From Candidatus Fokinia solitaria (GTDB lineage: Bacteria > Pseudomonadota > Alphaproteobacteria > Rickettsiales > Midichloriaceae): 32,000 nucleotides of DNA. The stretch lies in contig NZ_CP025989.1 in NCBI RefSeq assembly GCF_003072485.1, positions 390,001 to 422,000 of the forward strand, in the 5' to 3' direction. Both the position numbers and the translations under genes were made by a program. Positions 8,209 through 18,785 of this stretch are shown one piece after another (the first letter of the stretch is position 1; each line of letters starts with the position of its first letter). Under the pieces are notes generated by a model. It was not told where the DNA came from. It saw only the letters and a program-made list of their open reading frames with translations, and made no database searches.

Positions 8209-9717
8209 ATGTCGTCATCTTATAAGAATGCGATTAGCCCTACTAGAGCTGAGGACTATTCACAGTGGTATCAAGAAGTGGTGAAAATGGCTGATTTAGC
8301 GGAAAGTTCACCAATAAGAGGATGTATGATCATAAAGCCATGGGGGTACGCTATCTGGGAAAATATACAAAAAGAACTTGATAAGAAGATAAAAGAAACT
8401 GGACATCAAAATTTTTATTTTCCGATGTTTATACCCCTTAGCTACATGGCTAAAGAAGCTGAGCATATAGATGGATTTGCAAAAGAATGTGCTGTTGTTA
8501 CACATCACAGATTAGAGGTAGATTCTCAGAATAAGTTAGTACCAAGTGGAAAATTAGAAGAGCCTTTAGTAATAAGACCTACATCTGAGGTAGTAATAGG
8601 AGAAGCTTTTGCAAGATGGGTGAATTCATATAGAGATTTACCAATACTCGGTAACCAGTGGGCTAATATAGTCAGATGGGAAATGCGTCCTAGGATATTT
8701 CTCCGAACAAGTGAATTTTTATGGCAAGAAGGACATACTGTCCATGCTACTGCTGCAGAAGCGATAGAAGAGACGAATAAGATGCTTGACGTCTACAAGA
8801 CATTTGTTGAGGAGTTTTTAGCAATGTCGGTAATAGTTGGAGAAAAGACGCGAGGAGAAAGATTTCCTGGTGCTGAGAATACGTATTGTATAGAAGCGAT
8901 GATGCAAGATAAAAAGGCACTACAAGCCGGTACCTCTCATTTTCTCGGGCAGACTTTCTCGAAAGCATTTAAAATAAAATTTCTTTCATCCGCTGGAAAA
9001 GAAGAATTCGCCTGGACAACTTCATGGGGAGTATCTACGCGATTGATCGGAGGATTGATAATGTCACATAGTGATGATGATGGCTTGGTATTGCCGCCAA
9101 AAATTTCTCCACTCCATGTAGTAATTATTCCGATAATTCATGATGCGCAGCAAAGCAGCAACATTATGCAATATTGTGAATCAATTGCACTAGAATTAAA
9201 GGCGAGTAAATTTTGTAATGAGCCTATAAAAGTACTGATCGATACTTCTATGAAAAGTACTGGCAATAAGATTTGGAGTTGGATAAAGAAAGGCGTCCCT
9301 ATCAGAATTGAGATTGGAGAAAGAGAAATGATGAGTAAAAACGTGTGCGTTGCAAGACGAGATCATATCCCCTCTTCTAAAGCAGTATCAAGCAAAGCTG
9401 AGTTTATTCAAAAAGCGGAGAAGATTTTGTCAGAGATTCAAAGCGGCATGTTGCATAAAACTCAAAAATTCATCGACAGCAATATAGTTACAGTAAATTC
9501 GAGAAGCGATTTTTTAGATATACTGAATAATGAAAAGCATGATATCGGTTTTCTTAGAGCGTTTTGGAAAGAAGATGAAGAGATAGAGAAAATGCTAAAA
9601 GAAAAATATCATATAACTCCGCGTTGTATACCTTTGATAGATAAAGATAAAAGAGGAAGATGTATTTTTAATGGTACAGAAGACGGGATTTTAACAGTGT
9701 TCGGCAAGGCATATTAG
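8209..9717 (+). CDS. proS: Proline--tRNA ligase, archaeal/eukaryotic-like class (type 3)
   Basis: PIRGCMIIKPWGYAIWE, YFPMFIPLSYMAKEAEHIDGFAKECAVVTHH, LVIRPTSEVVIGEAFARWVNSYRDLP, WEMRPRIFLRTSEFLWQEGHTVHAT, KALQAGTSHFLGQTFSKAF, C-terminal FNGTEDGILTVFGKAY. Confidence 0.95.
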   Translation: MSSSYKNAISPTRAEDYSQWYQEVVKMADLAESSPIRGCMIIKPWGYAIWENIQKELDKKIKETGHQNFYFPMFIPLSYMAKEAEHIDGFAKECAVVTHHRLEVDSQNKLVPSGKLEEPLVIRPTSEVVIGEAFARWVNSYRDLPILGNQWANIVRWEMRPRIFLRTSEFLWQEGHTVHATAAEAIEETNKMLDVYKTFVEEFLAMSVIVGEKTRGERFPGAENTYCIEAMMQDKKALQAGTSHFLGQTFSKAFKIKFLSSAGKEEFAWTTSWGVSTRLIGGLIMSHSDDDGLVLPPKISPLHVVIIPIIHDAQQSSNIMQYCESIALELKASKFCNEPIKVLIDTSMKSTGNKIWSWIKKGVPIRIEIGEREMMSKNVCVARRDHIPSSKAVSSKAEFIQKAEKILSEIQSGMLHKTQKFIDSNIVTVNSRSDFLDILNNEKHDIGFLRAFWKEDEEIEKMLKEKYHITPRCIPLIDKDKRGRCIFNGTEDGILTVFGKAY

Positions 9718-9812
9718 CTTTATCAAGAAAAAAGAGTTGATTATACTATTTACTTGAAAGCGTGGTAAATATATGCATATACGTGAAATGGCGTAGATTC
9801 ACTTTTTACAAA

Positions 9813-11099
9813 ATGTCGGTGGCAGGATTCTGTCGAGTTTTACTCATATTGAGCCTCTTTCTTTCAAAAGTGGCGTTCTCTGCAGAAATAGGAGAATCAG
9901 GGTTAGTCGGAATAATAAGAACAATAGAAGGTAGCTATATGACAACTCTTCCTAGAGAGAAGATCATCGAAGCCGCAGTCGCTGGTATTTTTAAATCTTT
10001 GGATCGAGATTCTAAATTTGTATCACATTCTGAATTAAAAGTATTTCGAGATAAATTACGTTCTGTCGTAGTAGGGCTTGGTATAGTATATTCTTTTAGC
10101 AAGGAGGATTTAGGCCGAGTAAGGTATGTGCTACACGATAGTCCTGCATACAAAGCTGGTATACAGAGAAACGATAAGATCTTGCAGATCGATAATTACG
10201 ATTTAAACACCCTTTCTATATCTGCGATAAAAGAAAAGATGAGTACAGGACATAAAGTAGTCCTTCGTATTTTGAGAGGGAATGATATCAAAGAATTTGT
10301 GCCACAAAGTACAAAAATCAAGAGAGAACAATTTCATATAAAAAGAATAAGCGGTAAATTTCAGATTCTATACATAAAGATCCATACATTTGCCGATTCT
10401 TTGTCCACGCAATTGAAAGGGGCAATAGAAAAAGCATTTCGAGAAAGCGAAATAAAAGGTGTGATTTTAGACCTAAGATATAATAACGGTGGACTACTCA
10501 GCGAAGGAATAAATGTTGCAAATTTATTTTTAAAAGAAAATTTACCAATTATAAAAATATCAGAAGGAGATGGTATGGAAAACACAATATATTCGGATAA
10601 TCTGATAGATGTTGCAGATGGATGTCCTATGATAGTATTGATGAACAGACTTTCGGCGTCGTCATCAGAAGTAGTGATCGCGGGGTTAAAGTATAATGAT
10701 AGAGCTGTACTTCTTGGCGCAAGAACCTTCGGTAAGGGATCGATACAAGAGCTTTTTCCAATTCAAGATTTTGGTATTACTCTCACAATTTCTACATTTT
10801 CATCGCCATCCGGTAATCCTATAAATGGTGTAGGTATTGCTGCTGATATTGAAATTCCATTTGAAGTTGATACTTCAGATGTCTTATATAATAGAATGAA
10901 GAACGATCAATTAAATCGATCTGCTTTATTTCTGCTAGACTTAGATAATGATAAAACGGATGATATAGGCGAGCAAAGCAGTAGTGTGGAATTGGATTGC
11001 GCGCTGGATGCGATGTTAGGCGATACCAGTATTGACCCTACTATCATAAAATCTATATCGGTAATGCAAGAAATGATCGATAAAAAAATTAAAGATTAA
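9813..11099 (+). CDS. ctpA: Carboxy-terminal processing protease (S41 family, PDZ)
   Basis: PDZ-like VLHDSPAYKAGIQRNDKILQIDN; catalytic region MNRLSASSSEVVIAGLKYNDRAVLLGARTFGKGSIQELFPI. Start placed at the Met giving signal-like MSVAGFCRVLLILSLFLSKVAFSAE (ORF track starts 9762). Confidence 0.92.
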   Translation: MSVAGFCRVLLILSLFLSKVAFSAEIGESGLVGIIRTIEGSYMTTLPREKIIEAAVAGIFKSLDRDSKFVSHSELKVFRDKLRSVVVGLGIVYSFSKEDLGRVRYVLHDSPAYKAGIQRNDKILQIDNYDLNTLSISAIKEKMSTGHKVVLRILRGNDIKEFVPQSTKIKREQFHIKRISGKFQILYIKIHTFADSLSTQLKGAIEKAFRESEIKGVILDLRYNNGGLLSEGINVANLFLKENLPIIKISEGDGMENTIYSDNLIDVADGCPMIVLMNRLSASSSEVVIAGLKYNDRAVLLGARTFGKGSIQELFPIQDFGITLTISTFSSPSGNPINGVGIAADIEIPFEVDTSDVLYNRMKNDQLNRSALFLLDLDNDKTDDIGEQSSSVELDCALDAMLGDTSIDPTIIKSISVMQEMIDKKIKD

Positions 11100-11103
11100 A
11101 AAA

Positions 11104-11811
11104 ATGGCAGGCCACTCCAAATTTAAGAACATAATGCATAGAAAAAATGCACAAGATCGAAAAAAAGCTCGTGTATTTACTAAAATTGTAAAACTTATAA
11201 AAGGTGCGCTTACTTTTGGCACAGATCCATCATCGAATCCTAGATTGAAAACTGCCCTTGCGTTAGGAAAGGAAGAAAATATACCTAAGGATGTAATATT
11301 AAATGCTATGGAAAGTAAAGAAGAAGCAACGAATAATGAAGAAGAAGTCAGATATGAAGGGTATGGTCCGTACGGTATACCAGTAATTGTCGAAACTGTT
11401 ACTGATAATAGAAATAGAACAGCGGGAGAAGTGAGAGCAGTTTTTACTAAATTTGGTGGCAATTTAGGAGAACTTGGCAGTGTTTCTCATATGTTTCATA
11501 AAGTTGGAGTATTGCTATATGATAAATCGGTGTCATTTGATTCTTTTATCGAAAGCGCACTTGTTTCTCATGTTATAGATTGCACTGAATTAGAATCATT
11601 TTATGAGGTCACTACAAAATGGGATGCATTACACGATGTGATAGAAGCGCTGATTTCAGCTTTTGGTACGCCTAAAGAATGGGAAATAGAGTGGCGACCA
11701 ATTTTTACCGTGACATTAGAGGATGAAAATATAGATATAATAAAGAAAATGCTAGCTACTCTCTATGATTTAGACGATGTAGAAAAGGTATTTCACAATG
11801 TAAATATGTGA
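11104..11811 (+). CDS. yebC: YebC/PmpR family protein
   Basis: MAGHSKFKNIMHRKNAQDRKKARVFTKIVKLI, NPRLKTALALGKEENIPKDVILNAM, YEGYGPYGIPVIVETVTDNRNRTAGEVRAVFTKFGGNLGELGSV. Confidence 0.95.
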   Translation: MAGHSKFKNIMHRKNAQDRKKARVFTKIVKLIKGALTFGTDPSSNPRLKTALALGKEENIPKDVILNAMESKEEATNNEEEVRYEGYGPYGIPVIVETVTDNRNRTAGEVRAVFTKFGGNLGELGSVSHMFHKVGVLLYDKSVSFDSFIESALVSHVIDCTELESFYEVTTKWDALHDVIEALISAFGTPKEWEIEWRPIFTVTLEDENIDIIKKMLATLYDLDDVEKVFHNVNM

Positions 11812-11889
11812 GATATGTAAGTATTATGAGATTGTTTCGGCTATAGTACTTGAAATTTCCAGCTATTCGTGTAGGTTATCTCTTGCATA

Positions 11890-11966
<77 letters not shown>

Positions 11967-11996
11967 TACTCTTTATTATTTGTATGGACGGTGTTT

Positions 11997-12629
11997 ATGC
12001 AAAAATGTCTTCTTTTTTCATTTCACGGATACGGCGCGAATGGCGCTAACATGAGAAGTGTTGTTACTTCGTTTATGTATGGCCTATCTGATGTAGATAC
12101 GATTTGTCCGGATGGTATTGCGCCATTTGAAGAAGCGCCTTGGAAGCGTGATGCGCGTATGTGGTTTTCATTACGAAATAGCACTCAGAGTATGATGCAA
12201 GAATTAGCATGCAATGCTGCTTCTGATGTGTTAGCATATGTGCTAGAAAAAGCAAAAGAACATAATGTGCGAGAACGCAATATCATTCTTACCGGATTTT
12301 CACAAGGTGCAATGCTAGCATGGGAGTTAGCTAAGATCTTACCGGAAGTACCGCGTGCTGTTATAGGAATGTCCGGTCTGATTGTAACTCCAGCTAGAAC
12401 AATAGATTCAGTTAGAGCGGATAATATAAATAAAAAAACGTCAATTCTTTTTTGTCATGGAAGTTTGGATTCGGTAATACCACTACAACAGATGAAGCAA
12501 TCCTTGAGCGCGCTAGATGAAAAAAATATAAAATATGAATTATTTATAGATAACGGCGCAGAGCATACTGTAACAGATAGTATGATAGAAAAAATTCATG
12601 CTTTCTTAAAAAGAATTATCGTAACATAG
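11997..12629 (+). CDS. Phospholipase/carboxylesterase family alpha/beta hydrolase
   Basis: LLFSFHGYGANGANM, nucleophile elbow TGFSQGAMLAWELA, ILFCHGSLDSVIPL, GAEHTV. Start moved from 11931 (inside the tRNA) to 11997. Confidence 0.85.
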   Translation: MQKCLLFSFHGYGANGANMRSVVTSFMYGLSDVDTICPDGIAPFEEAPWKRDARMWFSLRNSTQSMMQELACNAASDVLAYVLEKAKEHNVRERNIILTGFSQGAMLAWELAKILPEVPRAVIGMSGLIVTPARTIDSVRADNINKKTSILFCHGSLDSVIPLQQMKQSLSALDEKNIKYELFIDNGAEHTVTDSMIEKIHAFLKRIIVT

Positions 12630-12631
12630 GG

Positions 12632-13480
12632 ATGCTTTTACTTGATAAAGAAAGAGTGGTGTTATCGGTATATGGAGTAGATGCGGCTGCTTTTCTTCAA
12701 AATATACTTACAAACGATGTATATAAAGCTTCTTGTGATAATGCTGTATACGCTTTCCAGCTGAGTAATACTGGAAAGATATTATATGATAGTTTTGTAT
12801 ATAAAGAAGGAGAAGAGAGTATAAAGATGGATGTATCAAAAGAACAGGTACAAGAGATAAAAGATGTAATAAAAAAATATGTTTTAAGGAGTAAGGTAGA
12901 AATAAAGGAAGAAGAAAGCGTTGTAATAATAGGAAAAGAGAAAGTAAAACTGAATGATAAGTACGAGTGTATAGGACAAGATAATAAAGTAAGAAGATGT
13001 GTTGTGACGCAGTATTCAGAAGATCCAAGAGGAAAAGGATTAGGATTTAGAGGTATAGGATTGTTAATCGAAGATAAAGAAATTGAAAAGAAAGAAGAAA
13101 AATTTGAATTATACTATAAGAATTACTGTAGAATACTGTTTAAAAGTTGTATTCCATCGTTTGGAAATGGATTTCATTCGAATGAGTTTTGTCCTCATGA
13201 GATAGGTTTTGCAGATATAGGAGTGTCATATGGTAAAGGATGCTTCATAGGACAAGAAGTCACTACAAGAGTAAAATTCTTAGGTAAATCTAATAAGAAG
13301 ATCTTATTACTCGATAATTATCCTCTTGAATTTTTCAATAATTTTGAAAGATTACACATATACTATAAAGAACAGCTGGTAGGTGTTGTACTCGAGAAGT
13401 GTGACGATACTCTGATGTGCTTGTTCTATCGTGACGATCATTATGTTACGAACGAACTTAAGATATGTAAGTTGTTGTAA
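12632..13480 (+). CDS. ygfZ: YgfZ/GcvT-like folate-binding protein
   Basis: YgfZ signature KGCFIGQEVTTRVKFLG plus N-terminal GVDAAAFLQNILTNDV. Confidence 0.85.
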   Translation: MLLLDKERVVLSVYGVDAAAFLQNILTNDVYKASCDNAVYAFQLSNTGKILYDSFVYKEGEESIKMDVSKEQVQEIKDVIKKYVLRSKVEIKEEESVVIIGKEKVKLNDKYECIGQDNKVRRCVVTQYSEDPRGKGLGFRGIGLLIEDKEIEKKEEKFELYYKNYCRILFKSCIPSFGNGFHSNEFCPHEIGFADIGVSYGKGCFIGQEVTTRVKFLGKSNKKILLLDNYPLEFFNNFERLHIYYKEQLVGVVLEKCDDTLMCLFYRDDHYVTNELKICKLL

Positions 13481-13542
13481 AATACCAGCATATGTGAGAT
13501 GCTAACCTTACGTGATGTTTATGCATTAATATATTTTTTGGC

Positions 13543-16098
13543 ATGTTTCTGAAATTCCTCAAGCGCTTTTTTTCAAAAAATAGCGATAAGAAGTATATAC
13601 AGAATGCTTATGAAGTGGTTGGACAAATTAATGCTTTAGAGGAAAAATTTCAAAAAATGACCGATGCAGAAATGTTTGCATATGTTCCTACAATAAAGCA
13701 GAAAATTAGCAATGGTTGCGTCTTAAATGAAGTGTTACCGGAAACGTTCGCTCTCGTAAGAGAGGCAGGTGTACGTAGTATAGGAAAAAGACACTTTGAT
13801 GTTCAACTTATAGGAGGAATGGTATTGCACGACGGAGATATAGCAGAAATGCCTACAGGTGAGGGAAAAACACTCGTTGCTACTCTTGCAGCTGTGTTAA
13901 ATGCTTTACTAGAAAAAGGCGTTCATATTATTACTACAAATCCCTACTTAGCAGGAAGAGATTCAGAATCAATGGGGAAAATTTATAATTTCCTTGGATT
14001 ATCGGTATCGTGCGTATTGAGTACTATGAGTAATACCGAGAAACGTGCTGCGTATAGAAGCGATATTATTTACGGTACTAATAGCGAATTTGGTTTTGAT
14101 TACTTACGAGATCATCTGCATTATAAATTGATAGATATGGTGCAAGAACAGCATTATTACGCAATTATAGATGAAGCAGATAGTATATTGATAGATGAAG
14201 GACGTACTCCGTTAATCATTTCTGGCGCTAGTGCAACTGATACCGCAATTTATCAGAGAATAAATGATATCACCTCCCTCCTCACTGCTACAAATTATGA
14301 AGTAGATCATAAAAATAAATCTGTTCAGCTAACAGATGATGGCGCAGAAAATGTAGAAAGTATCATAATAAAACATAAGCTTATAGCTCAAGATAGTAAG
14401 CTTTACGATGCAGAGAATTTGCATATACTTCATCATATTGAACAAGCGCTAAAAGCTCAAAAACTCTTTAAAAGAGATGTAGATTACATTGTGAAGAATG
14501 GCACAGCGATGATTATTGATGAATTTACCGGTCGTGTTTTGCAAGGACGACGCTATTCAGATGGCCTGCATCAAGCAATAGAAGCTAAGGAAGGACTAGC
14601 AATACAGCCGGAAAATGAAATTATCGCATCAATTACACTGCAAAATTATTTTAGGATGTACGATAAAATCGCAGGAATGACAGGTACTGCGAAAACAGAA
14701 GAGCGCGAATTACAGGAAATATATTCTCTTAATGTACGTAAAATTCCACCAAATAAACCACTGATCAGAGTGGATGAAGAAGATGTGATCTTCAGAACAG
14801 AGAAGGAGAAGAATAAAGCGATTGTGAGTGAAATTATGAAAGCGCATTCGAAAGGACAGCCTGTGCTAATAGGTACGGTAAGCGTAGAAAAATCAGAACT
14901 GATCTCCAATTTACTTGAAAAAGAACATATTCCGCACAAAGTGCTAAATGCAAAACATGATGCGCAGGAAGCAGAGATTATTAGTGATGCAGGAAGAATA
15001 AAAGCAGTTACTGTTGCCACCAATATGGCCGGTAGAGGTACTGACATAGAGCTTGGCGGTAAAATGCCGTTAGAAGTTGAGGAATTTGATAAACATAATG
15101 AAGATGCGAATAAAGTGAAAGAACTAGGAGGATTACTAGTAATAGGTACTGAAAGACATGAGTCTAGAAGGATAGATCAACAGCTTAGAGGTAGAGCAGG
15201 ACGGCAAGGCGATCCAGGGCGTAGTATATTCTTCTTATCATTAGAAGATGATTTAATGAAGCTTTTCGGATCTGCTAAATTATCGGTATTTTTGCAAAAA
15301 TTAGGCATTCGGGAAAATGAAGCTATTACACATCCTTGGATCACGAAAGCTATACAAAGAGCGCAGCAAAAGGTAGAAATGCGCAATTTCGAATTAAGAA
15401 AGAACTTGATTCAATACGATGACGTTATTAATAAGCAAAGAAAAATAATATATGCAAAGCGATTAGAGTATCTCACTAGAGGAGATTTTCTAAATGATGA
15501 TATCAATGCTACTATTGCTGCGTTTTTCCAAAAACTTGTAGAGCACTCGTATGATGAGAGTTGTGATGAATTTGATGTTGATAAAATTCAAACTCTTGTA
15601 AGTGAGTTGATAGGCAAGGAATATAAAATGTCGATACAAGATAACCGACATTCTAAAAGCCATTCTAAAAAAATTGCTGAAGGATTAGTGGATTTTACTA
15701 GTGATATCATAGTGAAATTGCGCGAAGAGAATGACGAATTTCTCACTACGATACAAAATACCCTACTTAGTATCCTTGATGCATTTTGGAGAGAGCATTT
15801 GAAGTTTTTAGAGTACTTGAGAATCGGTATCAATCTGCGATCATATGGCCAAAAGAATCCACTGCATGAATATAATATCGAGGCGTTCAATGCATTTCAG
15901 AAAATGAAAAATGACATAAACGACGCTATGGCAGAGAGAATATTTATGATTATTAGATATTATGAGAATAAAGATGCTGCGATGGAGGAGAAGCTAAAAA
16001 CGAGTAATGTCGTAAATAGTGATAGCGGCATAAGACGTAATGCAGAATGCCCGTGTGGTAGCGGAAAACGATATAAACATTGCCACGGTAAGTATTAA
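13543..16098 (+). CDS. secA: Preprotein translocase subunit SecA
   Basis: MPTGEGKTLVATLAAVLNAL, IIDEADSILIDEGRTPLIISG, ATNMAGRGTDIELGG, C-terminal zinc motif CPCGSGKRYKHCHG. Confidence 0.98.
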   Translation: MFLKFLKRFFSKNSDKKYIQNAYEVVGQINALEEKFQKMTDAEMFAYVPTIKQKISNGCVLNEVLPETFALVREAGVRSIGKRHFDVQLIGGMVLHDGDIAEMPTGEGKTLVATLAAVLNALLEKGVHIITTNPYLAGRDSESMGKIYNFLGLSVSCVLSTMSNTEKRAAYRSDIIYGTNSEFGFDYLRDHLHYKLIDMVQEQHYYAIIDEADSILIDEGRTPLIISGASATDTAIYQRINDITSLLTATNYEVDHKNKSVQLTDDGAENVESIIIKHKLIAQDSKLYDAENLHILHHIEQALKAQKLFKRDVDYIVKNGTAMIIDEFTGRVLQGRRYSDGLHQAIEAKEGLAIQPENEIIASITLQNYFRMYDKIAGMTGTAKTEERELQEIYSLNVRKIPPNKPLIRVDEEDVIFRTEKEKNKAIVSEIMKAHSKGQPVLIGTVSVEKSELISNLLEKEHIPHKVLNAKHDAQEAEIISDAGRIKAVTVATNMAGRGTDIELGGKMPLEVEEFDKHNEDANKVKELGGLLVIGTERHESRRIDQQLRGRAGRQGDPGRSIFFLSLEDDLMKLFGSAKLSVFLQKLGIRENEAITHPWITKAIQRAQQKVEMRNFELRKNLIQYDDVINKQRKIIYAKRLEYLTRGDFLNDDINATIAAFFQKLVEHSYDESCDEFDVDKIQTLVSELIGKEYKMSIQDNRHSKSHSKKIAEGLVDFTSDIIVKLREENDEFLTTIQNTLLSILDAFWREHLKFLEYLRIGINLRSYGQKNPLHEYNIEAFNAFQKMKNDINDAMAERIFMIIRYYENKDAAMEEKLKTSNVVNSDSGIRRNAECPCGSGKRYKHCHGKY

Positions 16099-16388
16099 AA
16101 AGAGAGATTGTATTACGCAAAATCATTAAACTTCTTAGCGTTTTATCGCGCAATTATTTGATTATAGAGGAGCTGAAGGAACGGGCTAGGTTGGAGTTGC
16201 TTCCCTGAGCGATATTGAAAAGAGAGATAGTACCTTCGTGTGTGCAGAGAGCGATATCTAATTTAGTAAGTTCTTGTTGTTGCTATAATGATACTTCAGA
16301 TGAAAGAAAAAGAAAAAATAGGTACCGCCCTAGTTTTTTTACACACCTGATGGTACTATGAATATTCAAGATAGAAGTCTCAGTATAT

Positions 16389-16952
16389 TTGACCCTGGAG
16401 ACTTTTATCTTATTTTTAACCTTCATCATTTCTATTATGAAAGAAAAGATAAAGCAAATGCAACTTGCATTCCCCGATTACATAACTGAAAAGGGGATAA
16501 CAAAAGGCATATACAAAGTATATAGAAGAGAAAGTAGAATAGCAAGCTCATTTCCGTGTAAAGACTCAAAATTACCACTTCGCACTAGAGCTATTGTTGA
16601 TAGTGAAGTGAAAACTCTTGAGTGCGTTACTTCTCAAGAAGAGAATAACAACTCTCAGCGAGAAATTGGCGCCTTGCCTAACGATATCAATTTAAAAAAG
16701 GAATTTGTTGATTACAAGATGGAACTAGAAAAGGAATTTGTTGATCACAAGATGGAGCTAGAAAAGAAGTTTGATGATTATAAGATGAAACTAGAAAAGG
16801 AATTTATTGATTATAAGATGAAACTAGAAAAAAAATTTACTGCTAGGGTAGAGGTAAAAAGACCTAGTATTTACGATCTCGACGTTTCTATATTTACTGA
16901 TCTGCCGTTTAACTATAAGGAACGTCAGATGTATTCTCAAGGCAAGAGATGA
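16389..16952 (+). CDS. Hypothetical coiled-coil protein with 11-aa tandem repeats
   Basis: 187-aa ORF containing KEFVDYKMELE / KEFVDHKMELE / KKFDDYKMKLE / KEFIDYKMKLE. Alternative Met start at 16437. Confidence 0.55.
   Translation: MTLETFILFLTFIISIMKEKIKQMQLAFPDYITEKGITKGIYKVYRRESRIASSFPCKDSKLPLRTRAIVDSEVKTLECVTSQEENNNSQREIGALPNDINLKKEFVDYKMELEKEFVDHKMELEKKFDDYKMKLEKEFIDYKMKLEKKFTARVEVKRPSIYDLDVSIFTDLPFNYKERQMYSQGKR
16698..16829 (+). repeat. Four tandem 33-bp repeats, in frame (11 aa each)
   Basis: Unit aaggaatttgttgattacaagatggaactagaa and three variants read directly, followed by a partial unit to 16838. Confidence 0.85.
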
Positions 16953-17192
16953 TGAAGAAAGGAAGTGTAGCGAAAACGTAGTATATGAATTAAGTGGTAC
17001 GTTTAAGGTATTTTCTACTAATACCATTTGTGACAGTGCGCTGAAAGATAGTGACTATACTGATCAGTGTTCTCATCAAATAAACGTACTACTTACGTTC
17101 AGAGCAATGTACTACGCTTGTGAATGCAAAGAACTACTTTGACGCGTGTATAGCAGTAGTGGAGAAGACTTACACATATCTTATCACCGCTG

Positions 17193-18707
17193 CTATTTTC
17201 GCGCGAAAGCATCTACAATCTCATTTAAAGCCATTGTCCTTGCGCCCTTCACAACAAGCACATCATCTTGGCGTAACACGTTATTCAACTCGTTTATTAT
17301 CTCGTCATTAGTATGGAAAAGCCGAAAATTCTTCTTTTGTTCTATCGTAGACAATGCATCCTTCATGTGTTCTCCTACTAAAAACACCATATCTACACTG
17401 CTATCAGCAACGTACGTCAAAGCTCTAACATGTTCTTTGTGAGATAAGTTTCCAAGTTCTGCCATATCTCCAAGCACGGCGATCGTTCTACCATTCATCG
17501 CTTTCCCAAACATAATCGCTCTATCAATCATTGCCATAATGGCATTTGGAGGATTATTGTATGATTCATCTAATAATAAGAAGCGTTCCGTTTTTATATT
17601 GCAGAAAGTTGCAGCTCCTCGTCCTTGGAGTGCTTTAAATTCCTGAAAGATATCGCTGCATTCAAAAAGTATACTCTCATAATTGCTTATATCTAATACC
17701 TTACATACGGAGGAGATTGCACATAACGCCGCGATGCTGTTACTTACAATATGATTTCCTATATCACCTATTGTATACTTCATCGTATTACCACATACAA
17801 CTGCTTCTACATCCGTAGAAAAAGCTTCTTTAGTGAAGTGAGAAGTGAAATTTCTAAGCCTATACTCTGTCCCTGCTCCACCGTAAAGAATGATCTCTCT
17901 TTCACTTTTTTTAAGAAAACTATAAACCTCATCAAAGTAATTAATATCCATATTCACTATACATAGGCATTTTTCATGAAAGACCTCGAGTTTTGCCTTA
18001 TGAATCTCTTGAATTGTATTAAAAGATCCGACGTGCGCGCTGCTTACTGAGACTAGCATTGATATATCAGGCTTTGCCAATGTTACCATTTCCTTTATTT
18101 CGCCCTTTTCACTCATTCCAACTTCTAATATCAAGCATTTCAGATCTTTATCAACGTTACAGATAGTTTGCATTACTCCTATCATAGTATTTCTATTACC
18201 TTCATTTTCTGCAACGTGAGTACAAAGAACATCTTCATCGTAATATGCATTCGCTAAAACTTTTCTCAGACCGCTTACTATCATTTCCTTGATAGTAGTT
18301 TTTCCGTAACTTCCCGTAAGGCATAAGACTATTCCACTCATAGCATTCCGCTTATATTCAGCTATAACGTGAAATGCTTTTATCGTATTTTGCGTCACTA
18401 TTACGAATGCCGAGTGCTCTCCTAAGGATTTGTATAGCTTGAGTGATTTTTTACTATTGATCATTACAACTTTAGCGCCTTTTGTAATTGCTTCACATGC
18501 AAAATCAGAACCATCATGCTTCCTACCTCGTAGTCCTATAAAGATAGTGTCTTTTCTTATGTCTTTGCTGGAGAATGAGAAGAAAGATAACGGTATATGG
18601 TCCGGCCGATACGGTAGCAGGCCGTCCTGCGACACTCTGAATACAGTGTATCTGACTTGCTGCTCATCCAGTATAAGCTGAATTGTTTTCAGAGAAAACA
18701 TTGACAT
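17193..18707 (-). CDS. murF: UDP-N-acetylmuramoyl-tripeptide--D-alanyl-D-alanine ligase
   Basis: FIGLRGRKHDGSDFACEAITKGAKVVMI, ATP-binding LTGSYGKTTIKEM, EVGMSEKGEI, LLDESYNNPPNAIMAMI, AVLGDMAELGNLSHKEH. Confidence 0.93.
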   Translation of the reverse strand: MSMFSLKTIQLILDEQQVRYTVFRVSQDGLLPYRPDHIPLSFFSFSSKDIRKDTIFIGLRGRKHDGSDFACEAITKGAKVVMINSKKSLKLYKSLGEHSAFVIVTQNTIKAFHVIAEYKRNAMSGIVLCLTGSYGKTTIKEMIVSGLRKVLANAYYDEDVLCTHVAENEGNRNTMIGVMQTICNVDKDLKCLILEVGMSEKGEIKEMVTLAKPDISMLVSVSSAHVGSFNTIQEIHKAKLEVFHEKCLCIVNMDINYFDEVYSFLKKSEREIILYGGAGTEYRLRNFTSHFTKEAFSTDVEAVVCGNTMKYTIGDIGNHIVSNSIAALCAISSVCKVLDISNYESILFECSDIFQEFKALQGRGAATFCNIKTERFLLLDESYNNPPNAIMAMIDRAIMFGKAMNGRTIAVLGDMAELGNLSHKEHVRALTYVADSSVDMVFLVGEHMKDALSTIEQKKNFRLFHTNDEIINELNNVLRQDDVLVVKGARTMALNEIVDAFARK

Positions 18708-18785
18708 CTATTTTTTAATTGATGCGATTCTATCGTTGTTATGCGCTTATTGCAATCAAATGATTGGCGTAATTGAAATTTTCAT

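Noticed and set aside
11016-11462. 148-aa minus-strand ORF
   Set aside because: Antisense to the well-supported ctpA/yebC junction.
14646-15047. Minus-strand ORFs within secA (also 15177..15386, 15588..15890)
   Set aside because: Shadow frames of a highly conserved gene.
16140-16388. Possible structured RNA (gggcta...gccctag followed by T-run)
   Set aside because: Only a few bases pair and no SRP, 6S, tmRNA or RNase P hallmark is present; would need an Infernal scan.
17120-17442. Small plus-strand ORFs downstream of the coiled-coil gene
   Set aside because: Largely antisense to the 3' end of murF, with no recognisable product.
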